A DNA stretch of 64,000 nt, taken from the human T2T-CHM13v2.0 reference genome, Homo sapiens. A model generated the notes under the pieces. It did not search any database. It was not told the DNA's origin and was given only the letters and a program-made list of their open reading frames with translations. This document shows positions 63,863 through 64,000 of this stretch, one piece after another. The first letter of the stretch is position 1. Each line of letters begins with the position of its first letter. A program made the position numbers and the translations under genes. The stretch lies in assembly GCF_009914755.1 (NCBI RefSeq), contig NC_060931.1. One strand, 5' to 3'.

Positions 63863-64000
63863 TTTTATTTTTCAAGTCTCACTCTCTCATCTAGGCTAGA
63901 GTGCAGTGGCACAATGATAGCTCACTGTAACCTTGAACTCCTGGGCTCAAGCCATCTTCCCATCTCGGCCTCCCAAAGGGCTGGGATTATAGGCATAAGC
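63863..64000 (-). mobile_element. AluJ-derived monomer (right-arm 3' half joined to left-arm 5' half), runs off the window
   Basis: Right-arm GTGCAGTGGCACAATGATAGCTCACTG followed directly by left-arm CTCGGCCTCCCAAAGGGCTGGGATTATAGGC. Confidence 0.8.

Overview
Primate, probably human or great-ape, non-coding genomic DNA. The dating rests on AluJ/S elements, a young L1PA2-4 copy, MER41A and MER85. I find no recognisable protein-coding gene, RNA gene, CpG island or prokaryotic/CRISPR system. The longer ORFs in the track are L1 ORF2 remnants, Alu-derived frames or microsatellite translations. A large part of the window is interspersed repeat: L1s of several ages, eight Alus plus one chimeric Alu monomer, many MIR/L2/L3 fragments, MaLR and ERV1 LTRs (MER57, MLT1, MST, MER41A) and DNA-transposon MITEs (MER5, MER20, MER45A, MER58C, MER117-like, MER85). 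L1s and LTRs lie on both strands, which fits intergenic DNA or a weakly transcribed lncRNA/intron. I cannot name the locus, and I see no convincing new biological system. The best leads are: an intact TTAA-flanked piggyBac MITE (MER85) carrying the CSB-PGBD3 binding palindrome; a CpG-retaining unique element with HNF1/STAT/ETS motifs near 24.4 kb; a minus-strand candidate exon with distant-branch-point architecture near 9.9 kb; an L1-junction-created splice acceptor; a cluster of three independent tandem duplications near 19.3 kb; and a left/right-arm chimeric Alu monomer. Repeat subfamily calls are from remembered consensus sequences and old-repeat boundaries are approximate.
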